From positions 1,320,001 through 1,352,000 of the forward strand of contig NC_022349.1 in assembly GCF_000354175.2 (NCBI RefSeq): a stretch of DNA of 32,000 nucleotides, read 5' to 3'. This document shows, piece after piece, positions 1 through 6,894 of this stretch. Below the pieces are notes generated by a model. It worked only from the letters and a program-made list of their open reading frames with translations, was not told the DNA's origin and did no database searches. The stretch's first letter is position 1. Each line of letters opens with the position of its first letter. This DNA comes from Vibrio alginolyticus NBRC 15630 = ATCC 17749. GTDB taxonomy: Bacteria > Pseudomonadota > Gammaproteobacteria > Enterobacterales > Vibrionaceae. Made by a program: the position numbers and the translations under genes.

Positions 1-682
1 CAGAAAATGGCTTCTCATTTCTAGCATAGTCAAACAAATCATCCACCAATACTTGAAGTTCTCCTAAAGAATACAAGCAAGACTTTCTATATGATCGATT
101 GCCTGAGCTATCCGTCGGAATAGCTCTCATTCTTGCATCATGAATCTGCAGTAGCATTAATATATTTGCCAAATATTCAGCTACATCCGGCGTTGCCGAT
201 TTTATACATTCTTTGAAAATAGGGATATGACGCTCATATGTGTCTGGTATTTCAGTCTTTAGAGCATTTCTCTTGCGCCTAGGTTCTTTCGAGTTTTCAT
301 ATGCTTCACTCAGTACCTTAGCGCTTTTTCTAAGATAGTCACATAATTCATTGAGCGCTTGTGGCAAGAAAGCCTTAGCTGCTATAAATTCTCTTTCTAA
401 CTGTTTAGTGACATGATATCGAGATATGTTAAACGCAATCAAGCTAGAGCCAAAAGCTAGCATGCCCACATTGAGAGCCTGCCATGAGTACCACACGCCA
501 TGTACATACTGCCAACTCCACTTTCCTTCAATAAAGGGATGGATGAACATTGAATATAAATATACAAGAATTACAACGACACTAAAAAAGTTCAGCGCCC
601 GAATTAGATTTTCAACCCCAAATAAGGTTCGATACAGTTTCAATATTCCTCCAACCCACGTCGGTTCTTGTTCAACATTCAC
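1..682 (-). CDS. hypothetical membrane-anchored protein, N-terminal part only (ORF runs off the window start)
   Basis: Hand translation of the minus strand. GTG at 682-680, preceded by GGAG with a 7-nt spacer, opens a frame that stays open for 227 codons down to position 2. The N-terminus has hydrophobic stretches (FFSVVVILVYLYSMFI, ALNVGMLAFGSSLIAF) followed by a soluble-looking part. It is absent from the ORF track because there is no stop inside the window. No family recognised. Confidence 0.5.
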   Translation of the reverse strand, partial: MNVEQEPTWVGGILKLYRTLFGVENLIRALNFFSVVVILVYLYSMFIHPFIEGKWSWQYVHGVWYSWQALNVGMLAFGSSLIAFNISRYHVTKQLEREFIAAKAFLPQALNELCDYLRKSAKVLSEAYENSKEPRRKRNALKTEIPDTYERHIPIFKECIKSATPDVAEYLANILMLLQIHDARMRAIPTDSSGNRSYRKSCLYSLGELQVLVDDLFDYARNEKPFS

Positions 683-893
683 TTTCTAACTCCAAACATA
701 GTACAAACCCTCGCTAGCCTTCAAAATGATTGGTTGACGCCCTCATAATGTTACTTTTTGCATATAAATACAATTCATAAGAAAAACTCCACCACACAGC
801 GTCTTTAATCACACCTGATAGCACCAACTATATTATTGTCATTCCTGTTCGTTCATCATCCACTTAAACATTGCAAAATCTCCGACATAGAAA

Positions 894-913
894 TACTGTA
901 TATAAAAACAGTA
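894..913. promoter_or_regulatory. LexA (SOS) box TACTGTATATAAAAACAGTA upstream of the integrase start
   Basis: Perfect CTGT-N8-ACAG palindrome; 18/20 matches to the gammaproteobacterial consensus TACTGTATATATATACAGTA. It ends 14 nt before ATG 928. TTGCAA at 871-876 lies 17 nt upstream of the box, so the box would sit on the -10 region. Confidence 0.6.
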
Positions 914-927
914 AAGTTTATACTGAG

Positions 928-1950
928 ATGACTACACGAAACCTTAAAGACGGCAGTAAAAAACCTTGGCTATGCGAGTGCTACCCACAAGGTCGAGCAG
1001 GAAAACGTGTCCGTAAACGATTTGCAACCAAAGGCGAAGCTACCGCTTTTGAGTTGCATCTAATGAAAGAGGTGGATGACAAACCATGGTTAGGGAGTAA
1101 ACCCGATCACCGTCGATTATCTAACTTGGTGGAACTTTGGTACATGCTCCACGGAAAGAACCTGAAATCTGGAGAACATACTCGTCTACGTTTAGGGAAT
1201 ATGGTTGAAGACTTAAGCGACCCGATCGCAGCTCAACTAAACTCGAAACACCTCGCGACTTACCGAGCAGCCCGCATGAACAAGGGGCGTGGCCAAGAAC
1301 ACAAAGAGCTTTCTATTGCATCCAACAATGTGGACTTTGGGTTGCTAAAAGCGATGTTCAACAAGTTAATAAAGCTTGGTGAGTGGAAGCTACCAAATCC
1401 GGTTAGCGGTATTGAGGCAATCAAAAAGCCTGAGTCTGAGCTTGCGTTCCTGACCGAACAAGAGATTCATCTCCTGTTTGAAGTAGCTCAACAAAGCCCG
1501 ATTGGTGATGAGCTAACGAAGATATATAAAGTTTGCCTAGCGACTGGTGCGCGTATCAGGGAAGCTATTTATCTGAAGGGTTCTAACTTGACGAAATACC
1601 GCATTACCTACAACAACACCAAAGGTAAGCGCAACAGAACAGTACCAATTTCTGAAGAGTTGTATAACCAAATTTATAAGCCAACCAATGACCGCCTTTT
1701 TACTTGCGGTTACGGCGTAGCATACAAGTGGTTAACTAAAGCCCTCCCCCATTTACCAGAAGGACAAGCGACTCACGTTTTACGTCATACCTTCGCAAGT
1801 CACTTTATGACTAATGGCGGCAACATTCTTGTTCTTAAGGAAATCCTCGGTCATCAGCACATCGATCACACTATGATTTACGCTCATTTTTCGCCAAATC
1901 ACCTGAGTGATGCCGTACGTTTCAACCCACTAACAAATCTTAGTATCTAG
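928..1950 (+). CDS. tyrosine recombinase / phage-type integrase (P2/HP1-like)
   Basis: Tyrosine recombinase signature residues are present: TGARIREA (Arg), HVLRHTFASH (H-x-x-R), LGHQHIDHTMIYAH (His, Tyr nucleophile). The N-terminal KPWLCECYPQGRAGKRVRKRFATKGEA segment resembles the HP1/P2 integrase arm-binding N-terminus. I prefer ATG 928 over the TTG at 871 used by the ORF track. Confidence 0.9.
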   Translation: MTTRNLKDGSKKPWLCECYPQGRAGKRVRKRFATKGEATAFELHLMKEVDDKPWLGSKPDHRRLSNLVELWYMLHGKNLKSGEHTRLRLGNMVEDLSDPIAAQLNSKHLATYRAARMNKGRGQEHKELSIASNNVDFGLLKAMFNKLIKLGEWKLPNPVSGIEAIKKPESELAFLTEQEIHLLFEVAQQSPIGDELTKIYKVCLATGARIREAIYLKGSNLTKYRITYNNTKGKRNRTVPISEELYNQIYKPTNDRLFTCGYGVAYKWLTKALPHLPEGQATHVLRHTFASHFMTNGGNILVLKEILGHQHIDHTMIYAHFSPNHLSDAVRFNPLTNLSI

Positions 1951-1996
1951 TCGCCAATTATGGCGACAAAATGGCGACAAAGGTCAGCTTTTGTCG
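1950..1996. repeat. TGGCGAC motif cluster plus hairpin immediately 3' of the integrase stop
   Basis: Inverted copy GTCGCCA at 1950-1956. Perfect tandem 11-bp repeat ATGGCGACAAA at 1960-1970 and 1971-1981. Hairpin CGACAAA/TTTGTCG at 1975-1996 (7-bp stem, 8-nt loop). A further TGGCGACA copy sits at 2083-2090. Confidence 0.7.
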
Positions 1997-2043
1997 TGAT
2001 TTATAGGTCACAGTCAGATTGATGAATTACTTATACTCTATGT

Positions 2044-2090
2044 ATAGCAAGGGATAGCAAGGATTAAGAAGGTTAGGCAAGGTGGCGACA
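2044..2090. repeat. four helically phased 10-bp units (core GCAAGG) followed by TGGCGACA
   Basis: Cores are GCAAGG 2047-2052, GCAAGG 2057-2062, AGAAGG 2067-2072 and GCAAGG 2077-2082, spaced exactly 10 bp apart. ATAGCAAGG is a perfect repeat at 2044-2052 and 2054-2062. Confidence 0.7.
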
Positions 2091-2248
2091 CATAATAAAG
2101 CTTTATATCCACTTTAATAATTAAACCTTTAAAATCATCTCAAAATCTCAGAGTAATTATACAGTCTCATAAGTTGAAAAACTGCTTTATCTTAATAATT
2201 CGCTCTAAAGCCAGTCTATACGAGGCGTGTTAAGTTTCATTGTAGATC

Positions 2249-2824
2249 TTAGGTTAGATAAACAAGTCTGTCAGCTGAGAACTCTAGCCCACCTAGCTCA
2301 TTTTGTTCGCACAAACTCTTAAAATGTTCAGTACAATACAGAAAGCTCGCTCCTAGCATCTTTGACTTGAAAACAACCTTTTCTGCAACGTCGCTTTCAT
2401 TAAATACTAACACCTCTACACCTGCTAAGCTGCCATATTCAATTTTTTGGACGCACTTATCTTCATCTTCTTGCCCAAACTCCAACGGTGTATACAGGTA
2501 CCATTCCTCTTCTTTATAGCGAATCGATAAGAACTCGCCTACTTTGCTCAATGGCTCTTTTAAAGATGCATAAGCTTTAGGGCAAAGCACTAAGAAAACC
2601 CGTAACCATAAACTGATATCAGGAAGTAATGAGTCTTTCTTGAGAACATCTTCAAACTCAATATCTACTTCACCCCATATACTTTTGAAAGAAAAGTTTT
2701 CTAATGGCTGCACAAAGATTTTTTCTATTAAATCCATGTCACCTAACTGCCTAGCTACAGAACTAGGCGTAGTGCTCACGATTTTATATTCATTGTGACA
2801 GTCGAAAATTTTATAAACCGTCAT
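2249..2824 (-). CDS. hypothetical 191-aa acidic protein, paralog 1; possibly Imm11/DUF1629-like immunity protein
   Basis: Complete ORF with GAGGAG Shine-Dalgarno 11 nt upstream of the ATG. It aligns gaplessly with the neighbouring ORF 3018-3593 (97/191 identical by hand count). The pattern LLPDISLW..FLVL.P.AY..L...GEFL...WYLY...LVF...VFKS...LYCT..FK.LCEQN.L.G..FS recalls DUF1629/Imm11, from memory only. Confidence 0.75.
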   Translation of the reverse strand: MTVYKIFDCHNEYKIVSTTPSSVARQLGDMDLIEKIFVQPLENFSFKSIWGEVDIEFEDVLKKDSLLPDISLWLRVFLVLCPKAYASLKEPLSKVGEFLSIRYKEEEWYLYTPLEFGQEDEDKCVQKIEYGSLAGVEVLVFNESDVAEKVVFKSKMLGASFLYCTEHFKSLCEQNELGGLEFSADRLVYLT

Positions 2825-3017
2825 TAATCTATCAACTCCTCATGTTTTACTACCAAGTGCTACCTATGGGTAAGTTACTTTTCAAATCATTTTTCATGAA
2901 GGAAACAGGCCTAAAAAAGCTGCGTTTTAGAGGAGAAAGCTAATTTTCTCGTCGACCATTACAGTGCTTACAAACCTCAAAATCAGAGAAATAGTATTTT
3001 CATATTAATAAAAATCA

Positions 3018-3593
3018 CTAATTAAATGGATCTGTCAAATTAGAAGAAAACATGATGCCATTGAGCTGATTTTGTTCACACAAAGCCTTAAACTTATCTG
3101 TACAGTACAAGGTGCCCGCTCCTTCTAACCGAGACTTGAAAACCATTTTGTCTTTAACATCATCGTCAATAAAAACAAGGGTATCTAACCCATCTCGGCT
3201 CCCATATGCGATTTTTTCTACACACTTTCTCTTGTTTTCCTGTCCAAAAGTCAGTGATGCATATAAATACCATTGCCCACCTTGGTAGTTAGCAGGTAAA
3301 AACTCCCCGTGTTCACTTAGATCAGCATTCAATATTTCATATGCCCTCGGAGATAAAACAAGGTATGTTCGCGCCCATAAACTAATATCAGGCAATAGAG
3401 AATTGTACTTAAATACATCTTGAAACTTTACCTCCACAGGCTTCCAAATATCTTGCAGAGATTGGTTTTTAATAGCCTGTAATAAGATCCTCTCAAAATA
3501 GTCGAAGTCACCTAACTGGCTAGCGATTTCATCGGGACCAGAGCAGACCGTTTGAAATTCTCTTAAATTATCTATTATCTTGTAAACTGTCAT
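3018..3593 (-). CDS. hypothetical 191-aa protein, paralog 2 of the same family
   Basis: Complete ORF with GGGAGG upstream of the ATG. Same length as, and collinear with, 2249-2824. Its start codon overlaps the stop of a short upstream frame in an ATGA arrangement. Confidence 0.75.
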   Translation of the reverse strand: MTVYKIIDNLREFQTVCSGPDEIASQLGDFDYFERILLQAIKNQSLQDIWKPVEVKFQDVFKYNSLLPDISLWARTYLVLSPRAYEILNADLSEHGEFLPANYQGGQWYLYASLTFGQENKRKCVEKIAYGSRDGLDTLVFIDDDVKDKMVFKSRLEGAGTLYCTDKFKALCEQNQLNGIMFSSNLTDPFN

Positions 3594-3936
3594 AATCCTC
3601 CCAAAACTTGGTTCTTAGCGTCCAATGCTGATTTATGATGGGGCTTACTCTTCGAGTGCATTTTGTGCCGAAATAAGTTGGCCTAAAAATTCTGGGGAGT
3701 TAAATTGCCTTTAGTGTAATTCCTTAACCAAATACCATTTGTAGCAACTCCCTTATCAAAGACGTGTAAGCAATGATGTTTGAAAACGACTTTACGAAAT
3801 AGATGGCAGCATACATCGTAATTACACGCCAATATACATCAAAATTCATACTGGAATTTTTGTATACACTAGGCGGGATTAACATGGCTTCGCGAGGTTT
3901 ACGAGATAGGCAGTTAGAACAAAGCTTTATGTTCAT
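3594..3936 (-). pseudogene. possible decayed remnant of the gene that once preceded paralog 2 (includes the 70-aa ORF 3724-3936)
   Basis: The 70-aa ORF ends at 3724. A different frame then continues (WLRNYTKGNLTPQNF*ANLFRHKMHSKSKPHHKSALDAKNQVLGGL*) and terminates in an ATGA overlap with the paralog 2 start. The last ~75 nt are recognisably similar to the segment upstream of paralog 1. The ORF itself has no convincing RBS or family. Confidence 0.25.
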
Positions 3937-3945
3937 TCCACTAAC

Positions 3946-3977
3946 CTAAAAAGAAAAAGGAGCCAGTACGGCTCCTT
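3946..3977 (-). terminator. rho-independent terminator of grxD
   Basis: Hairpin AAGGAGCC/GGCTCCTT (3957-3964 / 3970-3977), followed on the minus strand by a T-run. Confidence 0.8.
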
Positions 3978-4010
3978 CGTATTCTATCGCTAAATGTGAG
4001 TATTTACGAA

Positions 4011-4346
4011 TTACTCAGCTTGATCTTCAGCGCGCGCTGCTGCTTCTTTGATTAGAGGCTGCAGTTCACCTTTTTGGAACATTTCTAGAATAATGTCACA
4101 ACCGCCGATAAGCTCACCTTCAACCCATAGTTGAGGGAAAGTTGGCCATTGCGCGTACTTTGGTAACTCAGCACGGATATCTGGGTTTTGCAGAATGTCT
4201 ACGTAAGCGAACTTCTCACCACATGCCATTAGTGCCTGTGACGCTTGAGAAGAGAAACCACAGCTAGGTAGTTTCGGTGATCCTTTCATGTACAGCAGGA
4301 TTGAGTTTTCAGAGATCTGCTGTTTGATTTTGTCGATAGTTTCCAT
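4011..4346 (-). CDS. grxD: monothiol glutaredoxin Grx4
   Basis: CGFS active site and near-collinear similarity to E. coli GrxD (ILLYMKGSPKLPSCGFS...DILQNPDIRAELPKYA.WPTFPQLWV.GEL.GGCDI). ATG 4346 is preferred because GAGGAA lies 3 nt upstream and it matches the E. coli N-terminus. The ORF track starts at 4361. Confidence 0.95.
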   Translation of the reverse strand: METIDKIKQQISENSILLYMKGSPKLPSCGFSSQASQALMACGEKFAYVDILQNPDIRAELPKYAQWPTFPQLWVEGELIGGCDIILEMFQKGELQPLIKEAAARAEDQAE

Positions 4347-4631
4347 CGCTTCCTCATTCATGGGTTTGAACTTTATTTATTTGCCACATTCTACTCAATA
4401 ACGACAGAATAAAAACCATATAATTAATAAGGCTTAATTTTAGGTTGCTCATTGGCGAGCAATGCAGCACTTCACCACTGCTAACCTCTTAAAATATTTT
4501 CATATCGGGGTTTTAATAAAGTAAAAACTTGCTAAAATACTTAGCAAGTCAGCCTTAAAGGCGACATAGCTATAAAAAAACACTGGAAGCAATCGAAAGG
4601 TCATCCTTTCAAATCAATGGAGAATCGAGTA

Positions 4632-5216
4632 ATGGCATTTGAACTACCAGCTCTTCCTTACGCGAAAGACGCACTAGAACCACACATCTCAGCAGAGACT
4701 CTAGACTACCACCACGGTAAGCACCACAACACTTACGTTGTTAAGCTTAACGGTCTTATCCCTGGTACTGAGTTCGAAGGCAAAACTCTAGAAGAGATCA
4801 TCAAGACTTCTACTGGTGGCGTATTCAACAACGCAGCGCAAATCTGGAACCACACGTTCTACTGGCACTGTCTTGCTCCAAATGCGGGCGGCGAGCCAAC
4901 TGGCGCAGTTGCAGACGCAATCAACGCAGCATTCGGTTCTTTTGAAGAATTCAAAGCGAAGTTTACTGATTCAGCAATCAACAACTTCGGTTCTTCATGG
5001 ACTTGGCTTGTTAAGAAAGCTGATGGCTCTCTAGAGATCGTTAACACTTCTAACGCTGCTACTCCTCTAACAGAAGAAGGTACAACACCACTTCTAACTG
5101 TTGACCTATGGGAACACGCGTACTACATCGATTACCGCAACGTACGTCCTGATTACATGAACGGCTTCTGGGCTCTAGTAAACTGGGACTTCGTAGCTGA
5201 GAACCTAGCGAAGTAA
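4632..5216 (+). CDS. sodB: Fe-superoxide dismutase
   Basis: [32 protein letters not shown]...[13 protein letters not shown] is near-identical in pattern to E. coli SodB. GGAG lies upstream of ATG 4632; the ORF track starts 15 nt earlier. Confidence 0.95.
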   Translation: MAFELPALPYAKDALEPHISAETLDYHHGKHHNTYVVKLNGLIPGTEFEGKTLEEIIKTSTGGVFNNAAQIWNHTFYWHCLAPNAGGEPTGAVADAINAAFGSFEEFKAKFTDSAINNFGSSWTWLVKKADGSLEIVNTSNAATPLTEEGTTPLLTVDLWEHAYYIDYRNVRPDYMNGFWALVNWDFVAENLAK

Positions 5217-5249
5217 TATACTTCCCCTAAGTTCAATTTAGTCTTATTC

Positions 5250-5279
5250 AAAAGCTCGCTATTTAGCGGGCTTTTTTGT
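5250..5279 (+). terminator. rho-independent terminator of sodB
   Basis: Hairpin AGCTCGCT-ATTT-AGCGGGCT followed by TTTTTTG. Confidence 0.8.
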
Positions 5280-5369
5280 TTCGCCTTCCCTAGCACCTTT
5301 AAATAATTCCCTCTTTTACTAAAGTTCTTCTTATCCACGCCGTTAAAAGAGCATCGAGCGAGGAACATC

Positions 5370-5873
5370 ATGCAAATTCATACGTTAGACAAAGCTGCAA
5401 TTATCAACGAACTTCAGTTCGGTAATGGTATTAACCATGCCGTACACGAAGGTCGTCGTGCGGATTTCTCACTGATTCTGTCTATGTTCTCTAATGATGT
5501 TCGCGATGTGGTCCCGGTTGAAGAGGTCCAGGAAGTCATCACCAGTGATAGTATTCTTCGCCAACAATTGGGTTTATCGCAACCTCAAGCTCTTCGTTCT
5601 GATGGCAGCAGCTATGAACTCGCAGCTGAACAAGCGAAACAGTTTCACGATGCAGGATTGCCTTCCGCAAAGCTGAGCCATTACCTAAAACCAGATGCGC
5701 TGACTTACCTGCCTGAAGACACATTCAACCTACCAGAGGAGGTTTATCACAACCTATCTGGTCATGAGCGACGCAGATTGGGCGAACGCAACAAACAACT
5801 GATCCCAGATGCTGGGCTATATAATCAGCTAGTGACGGCTCAACGTCAGCATCAAATTCAAGCTAAAGCATAG
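5370..5873 (+). CDS. hypothetical protein (167 aa)
   Basis: Complete ORF with GAGGA 5 nt upstream of the ATG. No motif or family recognised. Confidence 0.6.
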   Translation: MQIHTLDKAAIINELQFGNGINHAVHEGRRADFSLILSMFSNDVRDVVPVEEVQEVITSDSILRQQLGLSQPQALRSDGSSYELAAEQAKQFHDAGLPSAKLSHYLKPDALTYLPEDTFNLPEEVYHNLSGHERRRLGERNKQLIPDAGLYNQLVTAQRQHQIQAKA

Positions 5874-6067
5874 AGATCCGCTTTTTATCCAATAGCTTGC
5901 AATACCTACACGTCAGAAATGTGACATCTTACAAATTACCGCACAATAGTCCTCACTCGAAAGCGTTAGTTTGAAGCCTTTCACACTGAACCCAACGAAT
6001 TTCAACCATGCTATTAGCACAAACCACTGGTGTATTGTTTTTCACATATGGATACAGTGAAGGTGCT

Positions 6068-6751
6068 ATGGATATCAAAGAATCAATTATTCTCGTCACG
6101 TCTGCAGGTTCGGTTATAGGAAGAACCTGTGCAAATCACTTTGCTCACCTTGGAGCAACGTTGATTCTTTGTGACCAAAATTCTAGCGCTTTGAGAGCGA
6201 GCTATGAGCAAATCAGCGCTTTCACTGACAAAGTGTATGCGATGAATGTGTGTAGTGATAACACAACGTCCATTAACTTATTGTTTGACCAGATAGAATC
6301 ACAGCTACGTGCGACACCAGATGTGATTGTTAATTGCTGGACTAGCTCTCCTATGCCTGGCTTAATGGCGCCAGAACCAATGAGTACTTACATTGATCAC
6401 TTGTCGTCTGCGGCACGCTTCCTTTATACCTACGGCCAAGTAGGAGCAGAGCGCTTTCGAGCCAGAAACAAGAAAGGCGTCATTGTTAACGTCATTTCTC
6501 ATGACAACCATGAAGACTTTACGGGAGTTGAAAGCATGGCGGCGTTGGTGTCAGGTTTTACTCACAGCTGGGCAAAAGAACTCACACCATTCAACATTCG
6601 AGTGGGCGGCGTTATTCCCTCGGTAAATCATACAAAAGAAGAGCTCAACGAGAGGCACTGGGCTGAGATCCAAGACGAACTAGTCCGCAACACAGCATAC
6701 ATCGTCGCGAATGAATACTTCAGTGGCCGAGTAGTTGCGACCGAAGTGTAA
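6068..6751 (+). CDS. short-chain dehydrogenase/reductase-fold protein, atypical (no YxxxK)
   Basis: Rossmann N-terminus ILVTSAGSVIGRTCANHFAHLGATLILCD and an SDR-like ...FTHSWAKELTPFNIRVGGVIP segment. ATG 6068 (MDIKESI) is preferred, with GAAGG upstream; the ORF track starts at 6008. Confidence 0.7.
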   Translation: MDIKESIILVTSAGSVIGRTCANHFAHLGATLILCDQNSSALRASYEQISAFTDKVYAMNVCSDNTTSINLLFDQIESQLRATPDVIVNCWTSSPMPGLMAPEPMSTYIDHLSSAARFLYTYGQVGAERFRARNKKGVIVNVISHDNHEDFTGVESMAALVSGFTHSWAKELTPFNIRVGGVIPSVNHTKEELNERHWAEIQDELVRNTAYIVANEYFSGRVVATEV

Positions 6752-6804
6752 GCATACACAGCAACTCTGTTTTCCCAAGCCAGATGTAACTCCTGCACCA
6801 AAAT

Positions 6805-6838
6805 AAAAAAAGCCCCAGTCATTTGACTGGGGCTTTAA
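6805..6838. terminator. bidirectional terminator between the SDR-like gene and adhE
   Basis: 10-bp perfect stem AGCCCCAGTC/GACTGGGGCT with loop ATTT, flanked by an A-run on one side and TTT on the other. Confidence 0.85.
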
Positions 6839-6894
6839 CCTTTTCCCGATTAAGGTTCCGTGCTAGCGAAAACCTTGCTCACTCGATTTTTTAA

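Larger units (their letters stand above)
1..3945. mobile_element. partial integrase-associated genomic islet; left boundary lies outside the window and right edge abuts the grxD terminator
   Basis: Contains a tyrosine integrase, repeat clusters, genes of no recognisable housekeeping function, and long AT-rich spacers. Composition is visibly more AT-rich than the core genes that start at 4011. No flanking att direct repeat could be verified inside the window. Confidence 0.5.

Noticed and set aside
426-689. Plus-strand 87-aa ORF from the ORF track
   Set aside because: It lies entirely antisense to a longer minus-strand frame (at least 227 codons, with a good RBS) that runs off the window. It has no RBS and a Cys/His/Thr-rich shadow-ORF composition.
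1927-3945. Shared 8-mer CCACTAAC at the integrase 3' end (1927-1934) and beside the grxD terminator (3938-3945), as possible direct repeats bounding the paralog segment
   Set aside because: An 8-nt match between two ~200-bp search regions is expected by chance at roughly even odds, and no extended similarity surrounds either copy.
5153-5371. Minus-strand 72-aa ORF spanning the sodB 3' end and terminator
   Set aside because: It overlaps the sodB coding end and its terminator hairpin. It has no RBS and its composition is driven by the AT-rich spacer.
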